Of a DNA stretch of 64,000 nucleotides, positions 40,376 through 50,660 are shown one piece after another (within the stretch, counting starts at the first letter, position 1; each line of letters starts with the position of its first letter). A program made the translations under genes and the position numbers. Source of the stretch: Candidatus Eiseniibacteriota bacterium (GTDB taxonomy: Bacteria; Eisenbacteria; RBG-16-71-46; CAIMUX01; VGJL01); contig CAWBWI010000001.1 in the NCBI GenBank assembly GCA_963792585.1, positions 1,408,001 to 1,472,000 on the forward strand, in the 5' to 3' direction. The notes beneath the pieces were generated by a model, which worked only from the letters and a program-made list of their open reading frames with translations, searched no databases and was not told the origin of the DNA.

Positions 40376-41398
40376 ATGGAACCGGGACGACCGCGAGGGA
40401 TCGGGATCACGTTCAGCCAGCACATCGCCGAGGAGCAGAAGCTCTTTCCGGGCGCGACCGGCGGCTTCACGGCGTTGCTGCAGGAGATGATGGTCGCGGC
40501 CAAGATCATCTCGCGGGAGGTCCGCAAGGCAGGACTCGTCGACATCCTCGGATTGACCGGCAAGGTGAACGTCCAGGGAGAGGCCGTCCAGATCCTCGAC
40601 GATTTCGCGAATCGGACGATCATCCGCAACGTCCGGCACACCGGCCACCTGTGCGCCATGTCCTCCGAGGAGGACGAGGAACTGATCCTGATTCCTGCTG
40701 AGTACCCCCAGGGTCCATATGCGATGACCTTCGACCCGCTCGACGGCTCGAGCAACATCGACGCGAACGTCTCGATCGGGACGATCTTCTCGATCCACCG
40801 CAAGCGCTCACCCGGGGATCAGGGGCACATCGAGGACGTGCTGCAACCGGGCCGGGACCAGGTCGCCGCCGGATACGTCATCTACGGCTCGAGCACGATC
40901 CTCGTCTACTCGACGGGGCGCGACGCGCACGGCTTCACCCTCGATCCGACGGTCGGAGAGTTCCTCCTGTCGCACCCGGACATTCGAATCCCCGAGGGGG
41001 GCTCCATCTACAGCGTCAACGAGGGGAACTCGGGGGCGTGGGAAGCGCCGGCCCGCCGAATTGTCGACGGGCTGAAGGGCCGGGACAACCCGGCGGGGAA
41101 ACCGTATAGCAGCAGGTACATCGGGAGCCTCGTGGCCGACTTTCACCGGACCCTGCTGTACGGGGGCATCTTCCTCTATCCCCGGGACACGAAGAATCCT
41201 GATGGGAAGCTGCGTCTGCTGAGCGAAGCGGCGCCGATCTCCTTCATCGCCGAGGCGGCGGGAGGGCGTGCGACGACCGGAAGGAAGCGAGTCCTCGATA
41301 TCGTCCCCAGGGAGCTGCACCAGAGGGTACCGTTGATCGTTGGGAGCCCACGGGAGGTCGCCTGGGCGGAGCGGCACTACCAGGAGGAGACGGCATGA
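40376..41398 (+). CDS. fbp: Fructose-1,6-bisphosphatase class 1
   Basis: NVQGE, FDPLDGSSNID, RYIGSLVADFHR and GKLRLL motifs. Confidence 0.95.
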   Translation: MEPGRPRGIGITFSQHIAEEQKLFPGATGGFTALLQEMMVAAKIISREVRKAGLVDILGLTGKVNVQGEAVQILDDFANRTIIRNVRHTGHLCAMSSEEDEELILIPAEYPQGPYAMTFDPLDGSSNIDANVSIGTIFSIHRKRSPGDQGHIEDVLQPGRDQVAAGYVIYGSSTILVYSTGRDAHGFTLDPTVGEFLLSHPDIRIPEGGSIYSVNEGNSGAWEAPARRIVDGLKGRDNPAGKPYSSRYIGSLVADFHRTLLYGGIFLYPRDTKNPDGKLRLLSEAAPISFIAEAAGGRATTGRKRVLDIVPRELHQRVPLIVGSPREVAWAERHYQEETA

Positions 41399-41922
41399 AG
41401 GAGCGCGTGCACCGGTTGGGCATCGAGGAGGCGCAGGGCGAGACCCGGGCGATCTTCGACACCTACCAGCGAGAGCGGGGCAATGTCCCGAACATGTTCC
41501 GCACGATGGCCCATCGGCCCGAGATCCTGCAGTCGATGATCCGACATTTCCGCGCCGTGATGGAGCCGGGCACCGTGGGAGTTCGACTGAAGGAACTCCT
41601 CGCCGTCGCCGTCTCGGGTATCAATGGCTGCGCCTACTGACTGGCCTCCCACACCGTCCTGGCAGGACGGGCAGGTGCATCGCCGGACGAGGTCGCGGCC
41701 GCACGCGACGGGCACTACGAGGGTTTCGGCGACGCGGAGCGTCTCGCCTTGCGGCATGCCGCGGCGATGACGCGGGATCCGCACGCGATCACCGACGACG
41801 ATTTCGCCGCACTGCGAGCGCATTTCGATGAAGGACAGATCGTGGAGATCTCCGCGGTCGCGGGCCTCTTCAACTATTTCAACCGCTTCAACGACGCCCT
41901 GCGGGTTCCTCCGACGAAGTAG
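41395..41922 (+). CDS. AhpD/carboxymuconolactone decarboxylase family selenoprotein (CxxU), 175 aa
   Basis: ...VSGINGCAY-TGA-LASH... continues in frame with family-like sequence (ERLAL, FDEGQIVEI, GLFNYFNRFNDAL) to TAG at 41920-41922. Confidence 0.88.
41641..41675 (+). promoter_or_regulatory. Candidate bacterial SECIS element
   Basis: CCGTCCT-GGC-AGGACGG hairpin (41654-41670); the G-starting apical loop begins 20 nt after the UGA. Confidence 0.65.
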
Positions 41923-43232
41923 AAGACGTAGAGGGCTGTCACGAGGACCGCATTCCCGGTGGCGACGACGAACTCACGAAGCGCAATGGCGCGCCCGGTG
42001 TCGGGGCGGATGACTCCCGAGAGCCCTCCCCCGCCCCAGAGCAGTGCGCGATCGATCGCCCAGTCGTGGGTGGCCATGTTGACGAACGTCACGACCGCGA
42101 CACCCACGGCGAACCAGACCCATCTCTTTCCCCCACCCATCAGCAAAATCGAGAGCGGAATCAGGGCAAAGAGGTGGTTCTCGTGCATGTGGGTCATCCA
42201 GAAGAAGAAGCTGAACGCGATGCCGGCTGCACCCAGATACCAGACGCCGTCGGCCTCGGCCGGACGCGCCTTCTCCATCTTCCATGCCAGTACCGCCATC
42301 CACGCAAATGCAGTGCCGAAGAGGATCATCCCGACCATCGTCGGCGTGATGGGCCCCGCGAGCGGACGGTGCACGTCCCTCCAGGGAGCGAGCATCCACC
42401 AGAGATTGTGGGCATTGATCGAGGTGTACGGCATCAGGTCGACATCCCCGACGAGCCGGCGGAAGAGGAGCCCGACCCTGCCGGTCAGCAAAAACGGCGC
42501 GAGGACCACCAGACCGCTCGCCAGCCCTACGACCCCCCCCGTCACGAGACGCCGCCAGCCGAACCGCGCGAGGATCGCCAAGGCGATCCAGGGGAGAAAC
42601 GGCGCGGCCAGCGGCTTCATGAGGCATGCCAGCGCGGCCGCAGCCATTCCCAGGTGAGGCCGTCCCCGCAAGACCATCGTCAGCGAAAGGAGGATGAAAA
42701 AGACATGCACCGCGTCGGGCTGCCCCCAATAACCGGAGTCGAAAAGGACCCCGGGGTGGAAGAGGTAGACGAGCGCGGGCGCCCAACCGACCCAGGTGGG
42801 GCGATCCCCCCAGAGCCGCAGACGCGTGACGATCCAAGCGAGCAGGAGCGCGGTTAGAACGTCGAACAGCAGCGGGGGAATCTTCACGAGCAGCGTGAAG
42901 AGGCGTGAGGACTCCAGGTGAAGCCCGACCTCCGGGTCGACCCACGCGGCGATCCGTCCCGCGGGCGCCAGCAGGTATGCATAGAGCGGCGGGTAGTCGT
43001 AGCGCGCCTCGACGGAATCGATCGTCGTCGGGCCTGCGCCGGCGGGAGCAGGAGCGTCATAGACGGTATGAATACCGCGGACGCCGGCCACGAGAGCCCA
43101 GAGCTTGTAGGTGGACAGGTCGGGCGGAAATCCGGGAAGGACGCCCAGAGTGATCCGCACCGCCGCCAGGCCGATCAACAGCCAGGGCAGCCAGGTAGGT
43201 CTCCGATCCGGCTTTGTCGAGGTTGCGCTCAA
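41874..43232 (-). CDS. GT-C fold membrane glycosyltransferase (mannosyltransferase-like)
   Basis: DYPPLYAY, VKIPPLLFD, DSGYWGQPD, LMKP, SINAHNLW and THMHE motifs; many TM segments. Start uncertain. Confidence 0.78.
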   Translation of the reverse strand: MSATSTKPDRRPTWLPWLLIGLAAVRITLGVLPGFPPDLSTYKLWALVAGVRGIHTVYDAPAPAGAGPTTIDSVEARYDYPPLYAYLLAPAGRIAAWVDPEVGLHLESSRLFTLLVKIPPLLFDVLTALLLAWIVTRLRLWGDRPTWVGWAPALVYLFHPGVLFDSGYWGQPDAVHVFFILLSLTMVLRGRPHLGMAAAALACLMKPLAAPFLPWIALAILARFGWRRLVTGGVVGLASGLVVLAPFLLTGRVGLLFRRLVGDVDLMPYTSINAHNLWWMLAPWRDVHRPLAGPITPTMVGMILFGTAFAWMAVLAWKMEKARPAEADGVWYLGAAGIAFSFFFWMTHMHENHLFALIPLSILLMGGGKRWVWFAVGVAVVTFVNMATHDWAIDRALLWGGGGLSGVIRPDTGRAIALREFVVATGNAVLVTALYVFYFVGGTRRASLKRLK

Positions 43233-43339
43233 ATTCTCCCTGCTCCGCGCGGCGCGCCGGGGGGAGGTTATCACGCGTCGCTGGGTCTTGCAGCATGCCG
43301 CCGTGCGAGATCGTGGGTTTGAAAGGCTGCGACACGTCA

Positions 43340-45586
43340 TCAACGAAGGACGATGACTCGAGTCCTCCCGACGCGGTCGTGTGTCCTCAGGTGTGCGTGG
43401 TACACGCCATTGGCCACCGGTCTTCCGCCGCCGTCACGACCATCCCAATCGATGAACGATCCACCGCGCCGGCCCGCGACCCCTGTTATCCTGCGAATGC
43501 AGCGACCGGCCTCATCGTGAATGCTGAGAGACACGATCTCGTCCAACCCGAGACCTGATTCAAACCGAATTGGGCCTGAGGAGGGATTGGGGCGGGCCGA
43601 CAGGGCGATATCGTTGCCGGCGGGGACAATCTCCGGATCCCCGATCCCCGAGGGCGGCGACGGACAATGCAATGCTGCTACGGATAGGTAGGGTTGGTCC
43701 GCCAGGTAGACGTAGCCACCGGCGATGTCGATTCCCTGGCCACCGCCCATCGTCAACAACTCGCCGACGATCCGCGGGGACTCCGGTTCTCCTACATCGA
43801 CGATGTGAAGGCCGGCTGCCCGGTTGCTCGCGACATAGACGTAGTCTCCGTCGACGGCGAGCCGCATTCCGTAGACTCTTAGTTGGATGAATCCCACAAT
43901 GTGTGCCTGATTCGGCGACGTGACGTCGACATCGAAGAACCCGTTGTTCTTCCCGCTCACGTAAGCGTGATCTCCCTGAACCTTGACGGCGTAGGCTCCG
44001 CCGTCGATCGGAACGGTACGGATGACAGCCGGTGCCTCCGGAGTGGAGACATCAACGATGACCAGCCCCGTCGTTTCGTCCGTTACATAGACATAGGAAC
44101 CGGATGCGTCGACGCGCCGGGCGCTCTGTCCCGGTGAGGTTCGTACCGTCGCTACAACGGTAGGGTGCAGGGGATCGGCGACGTCGATGACGAAGAGGTC
44201 CGACCCCGCGACATACGCGTACGCCCCTTCCACGTCCAAATCCCAGGCGGGACCATTCACGCTTACGGTCGCCAAGAGCTCCGGATCCTCTGGATTCGCA
44301 ATGCGCGTAATCGAGACGCCGCCACCCCAGTTGGCGGTATAGGCGAAATCGCCGCGTACCTCGACCCCCTCGATGACGCCCGGAGGGTCGACGGTCGACA
44401 GCCCGCGCGGGTTCAGAGGATCGGAGATGTCGTAGATTCTGAGACCTTGGTTCATGCAGGCGATGTAGGCGATCGTGTCCTGTACTGCTACATCCACTGC
44501 GTCAATGGAATCGACAATTGCAAGGGGCACCACCATGCTCGGTTCGTTGGCGAGGTCGAAACACTCGAGGCTGTATTGATCGGCGACGTAGGCCATGGAC
44601 CCCTGAATCGCCAGATTCCAGCAGGTCCACGGGGTAGCATGGTCGCCAATGATCACGGGAGATGATGGGTCGGAGACATCCGCAATCGTAATGCCATGCG
44701 CACCGTCGGCAATGCAGGCGAACCTCCCATAGAGTGCGACGCCATTGGGGCTGCCAGGGGTGGCTATCGATCCAATCGATTCGAGCGGCATCCCTGGGCG
44801 GCTCCAGACGACTTGCAGGCCTCCTGGCCCGTCGCCAACGTAAACGACGTCACCGTCGACGGCCACTCCTTGAGCATAACCTGGTAGACTGAGCACTCCG
44901 TCTGCACCCGGATCGAATGGGTCCGTCAAGTCGACGCGCATGAGGCCCCTATCCTCGATCGCGAGATACGCTGAATTGCCGGAGACGGCGATATCCCAGA
45001 CCCAGCTCGGTGTCGTCAGCGCTGCGACGACTTCCGGAGCGACCGGGAGGGACACGTCGACAACCTCCAACCTCGAGGAGGCGAAGTAGGGTAAGCGCGC
45101 CTCGCCGACGTAGACCGCACTACCGGAGACTGCGACGGAGAATGCGGGGAGACTTGTCTGGAGCCCGGAGATGAGGACAGGGTTGCGCGGGTCCTTGATG
45201 TTGATGATCTGGAGTCCCCCGAACAGATCGGCAACAAAGGCGTGCCCGTCCTCGACCGCCACATCGGTTGCCGAACCCGGGGTATCCGCACGGCCCACGC
45301 GGACAGGGTGCCGAGGGTCCGAGATGTCGATGACATAGAGCCCCGAATCGGAGGCTGCCGCGTACACATAGTCCCCCCCCACCACCACTCCCATGATTCC
45401 TCCGGGATCAGGAATGCTGGCGATCCAATGGAGGTGATCGCTGTAGTCGCGACATTCGCCCTGAGCCGGCGTGGCCCATGTCAGAAACGACACAAGAAGA
45501 GCCGGTCCTAACATCAATGCGAAGTTCGGGCCCGGCTCCAAACGAAGTCCTCTAGATCTGTGGAAAAGGGCTAATTGGTGTGTCAA
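43340..45586 (-). CDS. Secreted LVIVD-repeat protein with FlgD-Ig/T9SS-like C-terminal domain
   Basis: More than 10 repeats of type YAYVA...GL.IvDvSdP..P; CTD ARPNPS...WDGRDGGGRPVANGVY. Confidence 0.88.
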   Translation of the reverse strand: MTHQLALFHRSRGLRLEPGPNFALMLGPALLVSFLTWATPAQGECRDYSDHLHWIASIPDPGGIMGVVVGGDYVYAAASDSGLYVIDISDPRHPVRVGRADTPGSATDVAVEDGHAFVADLFGGLQIINIKDPRNPVLISGLQTSLPAFSVAVSGSAVYVGEARLPYFASSRLEVVDVSLPVAPEVVAALTTPSWVWDIAVSGNSAYLAIEDRGLMRVDLTDPFDPGADGVLSLPGYAQGVAVDGDVVYVGDGPGGLQVVWSRPGMPLESIGSIATPGSPNGVALYGRFACIADGAHGITIADVSDPSSPVIIGDHATPWTCWNLAIQGSMAYVADQYSLECFDLANEPSMVVPLAIVDSIDAVDVAVQDTIAYIACMNQGLRIYDISDPLNPRGLSTVDPPGVIEGVEVRGDFAYTANWGGGVSITRIANPEDPELLATVSVNGPAWDLDVEGAYAYVAGSDLFVIDVADPLHPTVVATVRTSPGQSARRVDASGSYVYVTDETTGLVIVDVSTPEAPAVIRTVPIDGGAYAVKVQGDHAYVSGKNNGFFDVDVTSPNQAHIVGFIQLRVYGMRLAVDGDYVYVASNRAAGLHIVDVGEPESPRIVGELLTMGGGQGIDIAGGYVYLADQPYLSVAALHCPSPPSGIGDPEIVPAGNDIALSARPNPSSGPIRFESGLGLDEIVSLSIHDEAGRCIRRITGVAGRRGGSFIDWDGRDGGGRPVANGVYHAHLRTHDRVGRTRVIVLR

Positions 45587-47055
45587 GGGATCCTCACGAT
45601 CCGGAGCGGAGCAGCGTCCGCCTTCTCTAGTTTCAGAAAGTAAACGCCCGGTGAGAGGTCTCCGCCGATCCTCGACCCTTCGTAGTGACCGACGATTCGG
45701 CCACCGACATCGAAGAGGACGACCGGCTCCTTTTCGTGGCCTGGGAGCGTTGTGATCGACCGAAACGGATTCGGCCGGACATTTGGTCGCATCGTTGATC
45801 CCGCAAGAGGGAAATCCGGAACCATGGCAGACCCCAGAGTGCCGTCGGGCCCCGTCTTGATGATGTAGTTCGAGTCACCGGGCCCTCCGGAAGAGGAAAA
45901 TCCGCCTACGATGTACCCATGATCCCGTGTCTGCATCACCCCATACCCAACGTCCGTGTATCCTCCACCAGCTCCATACCGCCGCCTCCATGAAATCACG
46001 CCGTCTGGGTCCGTCTTCATGATATAGAGGTCGGATCGCGCGCCGTTCTCATTCATCCCACCGGTGAGGATAAGTCCCCCGTCACCCGCGGCCCTACATC
46101 CGTAAACCGGTTGCGTCAGTGGGTCCATCAGGATGCGGTCCCACAAGACATCTCCCGTCCGGGAGATCGCCACGAGATGGGGCCAGCTGTGGGCGGGCGG
46201 ATCGTCCGATGTACTACCAACCAGCACGTACCCGGTGGGCGTACGCTCGATCGATACCAACCGATCGGGGCCATCGCCACCATAATAGCGCGCACGATAC
46301 GGCAGGCCCGTCGAGTCCAGCCAAGCGACGAAGAACTGCTGTTGGAGCGAGCCCCCGACGTTCGCGTGGCCGGCGAAGACGAGGCCTCCATCCACTGATT
46401 CGATTACCCGGAAGCCCACCCCCTCGAATGTAAACACGAAGCTCCGCTTCCACAGCACATCTCCATCCGCGGCGATCTTCAGCAGGATGGCCTTCGAGTA
46501 TGCCGGGTAGTCCTCCCCCAAGTAGCCCGTGAGAAGAAAACCGCCGTCAAGGATCGGAGTCACCGAGGTCGCAAAGCCGGAGTCATCGCCTCCGTACGTC
46601 CGCTCCCAGAGCAGATTGCCGAGCGGATCGGTCCGGATCAGGAGCATGACCTCGTGGTCGGCCTCGAGTCGCCGATAGCCGCACATGACGAAACCGCGCT
46701 CCGTCAGGGTTTCCCGAACGCAGTAGACCCCGTCGGCAACTTCCGCCCCGTGGGTCCGGAACCAGAGGAGTTGGCCCCGGTAATCGATCTTCATGATGAA
46801 AGGGTTGTCGAAATCCGGAGAGCCGGGCCCGTACGAATTCGTATTCCCCACGGCGACGTACGCCAGATCCCCCGAGGGTTGGATGATGTCCTGGATCCTC
46901 TCGTTGTAGTCGCCACCGTACCGACGCTCCCATGTGATCTGGGCCAGAACGGGCCGCGGCCATGTCACAACGACCAGCAGCAGCGCGAGGTTTGCGAGAT
47001 TCTTGAGGAGCCGACCGGTGGGGTGCGTGGGGCGAGAATCGGCGTGCGGCCACAT
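45583..47055 (-). CDS. Secreted beta-propeller-like repeat protein with short T9SS-like CTD
   Basis: Repeats of type iktD..G..lW.r.yGG; C-terminal VRPNPF...LSPGVYFL. Confidence 0.8.
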   Translation of the reverse strand: MWPHADSRPTHPTGRLLKNLANLALLLVVVTWPRPVLAQITWERRYGGDYNERIQDIIQPSGDLAYVAVGNTNSYGPGSPDFDNPFIMKIDYRGQLLWFRTHGAEVADGVYCVRETLTERGFVMCGYRRLEADHEVMLLIRTDPLGNLLWERTYGGDDSGFATSVTPILDGGFLLTGYLGEDYPAYSKAILLKIAADGDVLWKRSFVFTFEGVGFRVIESVDGGLVFAGHANVGGSLQQQFFVAWLDSTGLPYRARYYGGDGPDRLVSIERTPTGYVLVGSTSDDPPAHSWPHLVAISRTGDVLWDRILMDPLTQPVYGCRAAGDGGLILTGGMNENGARSDLYIMKTDPDGVISWRRRYGAGGGYTDVGYGVMQTRDHGYIVGGFSSSGGPGDSNYIIKTGPDGTLGSAMVPDFPLAGSTMRPNVRPNPFRSITTLPGHEKEPVVLFDVGGRIVGHYEGSRIGGDLSPGVYFLKLEKADAAPLRIVRIP

Positions 47056-47118
47056 CTGAACATACCTCCGGGAGAATACGAATCGATGTCGGGAGGATCA
47101 CCAGATTTCTCGCCGGTA

Positions 47119-47146
47119 AGTATACGCTCTCGAGCCGCGGGGTCAA
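47119..47146 (-). promoter_or_regulatory. Possible sigma-70 promoter
   Basis: TTGACC-16 nt-TATACT upstream of the 47055 gene. Confidence 0.5.
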
Positions 47147-47181
47147 ACAGCCCCCGCGTCGCCCGGGAGATCGCCCCGGCT

Positions 47182-48729
47182 TCAGCTCTTGCAGTAGGGA
47201 GACTGGGTGCGGTCCTGGTGGACGCCGTCCCCGGCGGCGACCAGGGGGCGCTTCGCCTCCGCCGTGCGCCCGGCGGCCGAACCACGCCTGTAATTGAAGA
47301 GGAAGTGCTTCAAGGTCGTGGTGAAGTCCTTCACCGTGAACCTATAAGCGACGCACCGCTTCAAGTAGTAGCCGTCCACGATATCGCCGATCCATCGATA
47401 GAGGGCGTTCGGCTTCGTTTCCATGAACGGCCGCAGCACCGGATAGAGCCAGGGATAGTGGGCGAGAAGGCTGAAGAAACAGCGAAGGTTGAGAATTCTG
47501 TTCTTGTCCTTCGGCTCGTCGAAACGCAGAACGGAGTCGTGATAGTAGTTGCTGTTGAGTCGGTCGAAGTCGCCGTCGAAATAGCCGTTGTCGATCGCAT
47601 AGCGGGTCATCTCGAGCTTGGGATACGGGGCGAAGATCGAGGCGTTGGCGATATTGGGTTTGATCTTCATGTTGACTCGCAGGGTGCGCATCGCGGTCTC
47701 GAAGGTCTCGCCCGGGCAGCCGATCACGTTCTCGGTCAGCAGCTTCACCTTGTGCTTGCGATACAGCCTGGCTGTCTCGATCATCGACTCTTCGCTCATC
47801 TTCCGCTTCATGACGACGTTTCGGATGTGCTCGTCCCCCGACTCGACTCCGGCATAGACGAGTGATAGCCCCGCCTCGGCGAGCGCCTCGACCATCTCGG
47901 CATCCACGTTGTCGAACCGTGTGTTGAAGCTGAATGGGATCCGACAGCGTTTCGCATAGATGCCCGCAAACTCCATCGTCCACCTGCGATGGAGCGTGAA
48001 TACGTCGTCCACGAAGGCGACCATCCGGACCGGCACCCTCTCTCGCAGATCCAGAATTTCATCGCAGATCGAATCGGGGGTACGGGAACTGAAGACCTTC
48101 AGATCCCCTGCTTGCTGCCGGTAGAGCTGATTGTAGCTTTCGTTGAAGCAGTAGGTGCATTTGTACGGACAGCCGCGATGGGCCATGAAGTGTTTGATGC
48201 CGTGGTCGCGGAGGATCGGGTACTGGTCGTAATAGAGGTCGCGCGCCGGGTACGGGAGATCGTCGAGGTGACGGTTACGCGGGAGGACGGGGTTGTTGAA
48301 GACCTTCCCGTCCCGCTTGACGGTGAAGTTCGGGATGTCGATCGGCAATCGCTTTCCGCCCGCATCGAAGGCATCCGCGAAACGGAGGGATGACTCCTCC
48401 CCTTCGCCGAGGCAGACCGCGTCGGCGAAGTCGAGTTCGACCATCTCGGGGAAGAAAGTGGGGTGTGGCCCTCCCCAGATGGTCGGCAAGCCGAGACGGG
48501 CCTTCAGGAGGCGGGCGAAGGCGTAGTAGCCCTGGTGGCTGCCGGAAATGACGCTGAAGGCGGCCGCGTCGGCCCCGAAGGCCTTGATTCGGTCGATCGT
48601 TTCATCGGGCCGATCCCCGATAACGAACAGGGCGGACTCGTGGCCCCCGCGGCGCAACATGGCCGCGATCCCCGTGTTGCCCAAGGGAATAGAGAAGCGG
48701 ATCACGTCTTCTACGAAGGCGATGCGCAT
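47182..48729 (-). CDS. B12-binding domain radical SAM protein
   Basis: WGGPHPT, GEGE, RGCPYKCTYC, FVDDVF and GVESG motifs. Confidence 0.92.
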   Translation of the reverse strand: MRIAFVEDVIRFSIPLGNTGIAAMLRRGGHESALFVIGDRPDETIDRIKAFGADAAAFSVISGSHQGYYAFARLLKARLGLPTIWGGPHPTFFPEMVELDFADAVCLGEGEESSLRFADAFDAGGKRLPIDIPNFTVKRDGKVFNNPVLPRNRHLDDLPYPARDLYYDQYPILRDHGIKHFMAHRGCPYKCTYCFNESYNQLYRQQAGDLKVFSSRTPDSICDEILDLRERVPVRMVAFVDDVFTLHRRWTMEFAGIYAKRCRIPFSFNTRFDNVDAEMVEALAEAGLSLVYAGVESGDEHIRNVVMKRKMSEESMIETARLYRKHKVKLLTENVIGCPGETFETAMRTLRVNMKIKPNIANASIFAPYPKLEMTRYAIDNGYFDGDFDRLNSNYYHDSVLRFDEPKDKNRILNLRCFFSLLAHYPWLYPVLRPFMETKPNALYRWIGDIVDGYYLKRCVAYRFTVKDFTTTLKHFLFNYRRGSAAGRTAEAKRPLVAAGDGVHQDRTQSPYCKS

Positions 48730-48857
48730 CGTTCCTGCTCCTCGTTCCGGCCGTCAATATCGACTAATCATGATACCAGATCGGCCGATGGGAAGCGACT
48801 CTGGGGAGGGACGCCCCTAGACACTACCGGGGCGGAACCCGGGCAGGGCCAGACCGC

Positions 48858-50660
48858 TCAGCGCCGACCTTCGTAGAGCGCGGCGATCCGCTCGGCGTTC
48901 TGGGATTCCAGCGCGCTGCGGCGGACCTTCAGCGTCGGCGTGAGGGTGCCAGCCTCCACGCTCGGCGGCGTGTCGAGGAGATCGAAGTTGCGGATGCGCT
49001 CGTGCGGCGCCAGATCCGATGTCAGCCGGCGGACCTCCGTGCGCAACAGAGCCCTGATGTCGGTTCGCCGTCGCGGATCGAGCGCGTCCTCTCCCAGGTG
49101 GGACACGACCGCATCGCGCTCCACCACGAGCAGGGCGACGAGGAATGGCCGGCGGTCCCCGAAGACGACCGCCTCCTGGATGAAGGGACTCGCTCGGAGT
49201 CGATCTTCGATAGGTTGCGGGGAGATGTTCTTGCCGCCCGAGGTGACGATGATGTCCTTCTTGCGTCCGGAGATCGCGATCCGTCCGCCGGCATCGAGGC
49301 TTCCAAGGTCGCCGGTGTGAAGCCAACCTCCCTGGAGTGCGGCCCGCGTGTCCGCGTCGTTGTTCCAGTAACCGGCCATCACGCCCGGACTCTGCACGAG
49401 GATCTCCCCCTCCTCGGAAATTCGCGCCTCCACGCCGACCAGAGGCGAACCGACCGTGCCGGGTGCCCAGGATGAGAATGTGTTGACCGAGACGACCGGA
49501 CCGGCCTCGGTGAGGCCATAGCCCTCGAGCATCGTGATCCCCGCGCCCGTGAAGAAGAGCGTTTCCTGAATCGCCAGGGGCGCGCTGCCGGATACGACGA
49601 AGCGGATCTGCCCCCCGAAGCGCTCACGAAGCGCCTGGAAGAAGAGTCGATCCCAGAGCAGGTCGAGACCGCGCGGGGGACGCGGAACGCCTCCGGGACC
49701 GATCAAACCCGCGGGACCTTTGCGGCCGCGTCGCACGGCGGCGGCCTCGGCGAACCGGAAGAGCGTGGAGGCGATGACGCCCTTCGCGCGCGCAGCGCTG
49801 CGCATCCCAGCCAGGATGTTCTCGAAGAGGCGCGGCACGGCAAGCAGAAAGGTCGGGCGCACGAGGGCCGCATCGCGGGCGAGGGCTTCGATCCCCCGCG
49901 CGTAGGCGATGCTGACTCCCGCGGCGAGCATCGTATAGGTCGCCGTCCTCTCGAGTGTGTGCGCGAGGGGGAGGATCGACAGATGCCGGTCGCCGGGACC
50001 GAAGGGAAGGGTGGCCTGGATCGAGCGCGCATTGGAGATCAGGCTTGCGTGCGTCTGCACGACGCCCTTGGGGGTGCTGCTCGTCCCGGAGGTGTAGTGA
50101 ATCGTCGCCGGCTCCTCGGGGGCGAGCCCTTCCCGAATCACCCGAAGGGCGGTCCGCTCACCCTCGTCGATCGCGGGGCCTTCGAGGATCTCGCGAAGGG
50201 AGCGCACATCGACCGGAAGGTCGTCGCGGCGCGTGGAGTCCAGCACGTACAGGGCGGGAATGGAGCGGGCGGCCGGCCCGCTCGCCAGCAGACGGATCGC
50301 CTGCTCCGGCCGTGCGACGATCGCGGCCCGGGGAGTCGCATCTTCAACGGGATGGGTCAACTGGCCGCTTGGCAGGTTCGGGTAGACCGGCACGGTCCAG
50401 GCCCCGCAGGAGAGAATCGCCAGATCGCAGATGAGCCACTCGTACCGCGTCTCCATCATGAGGAAAACCCGGTCGCCGCGCCGCACGCCCGATGCCCGGA
50501 GGGCCGCCGCGACCCTCTCGATTCCCCCCCACCACTCGCGCGCGGTCACGGGGCGGAAGCCGTCCTCCCACGGAACCAGGAATGCGACGGCGCCGAGCCT
50601 GGACTCGACGGAACGCCACGCGAGTTCCGGGAGATTCGGCGCGCCGAAGGTGTCGGTCAT
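48858..50660 (-). CDS. Long-chain fatty acid--CoA ligase
   Basis: YTSGTSSTPKGV, LEGYGLTE, WLHTGDLG and GRKKDIIVTSGGKN motifs. Confidence 0.92.
   Translation of the reverse strand: MTDTFGAPNLPELAWRSVESRLGAVAFLVPWEDGFRPVTAREWWGGIERVAAALRASGVRRGDRVFLMMETRYEWLICDLAILSCGAWTVPVYPNLPSGQLTHPVEDATPRAAIVARPEQAIRLLASGPAARSIPALYVLDSTRRDDLPVDVRSLREILEGPAIDEGERTALRVIREGLAPEEPATIHYTSGTSSTPKGVVQTHASLISNARSIQATLPFGPGDRHLSILPLAHTLERTATYTMLAAGVSIAYARGIEALARDAALVRPTFLLAVPRLFENILAGMRSAARAKGVIASTLFRFAEAAAVRRGRKGPAGLIGPGGVPRPPRGLDLLWDRLFFQALRERFGGQIRFVVSGSAPLAIQETLFFTGAGITMLEGYGLTEAGPVVSVNTFSSWAPGTVGSPLVGVEARISEEGEILVQSPGVMAGYWNNDADTRAALQGGWLHTGDLGSLDAGGRIAISGRKKDIIVTSGGKNISPQPIEDRLRASPFIQEAVVFGDRRPFLVALLVVERDAVVSHLGEDALDPRRRTDIRALLRTEVRRLTSDLAPHERIRNFDLLDTPPSVEAGTLTPTLKVRRSALESQNAERIAALYEGRR

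Noticed and set aside
41395..41640. 81-aa standalone protein ending at TGA
   Set aside because: Family homology continues in frame past the TGA, which sits at a conserved Cys position.
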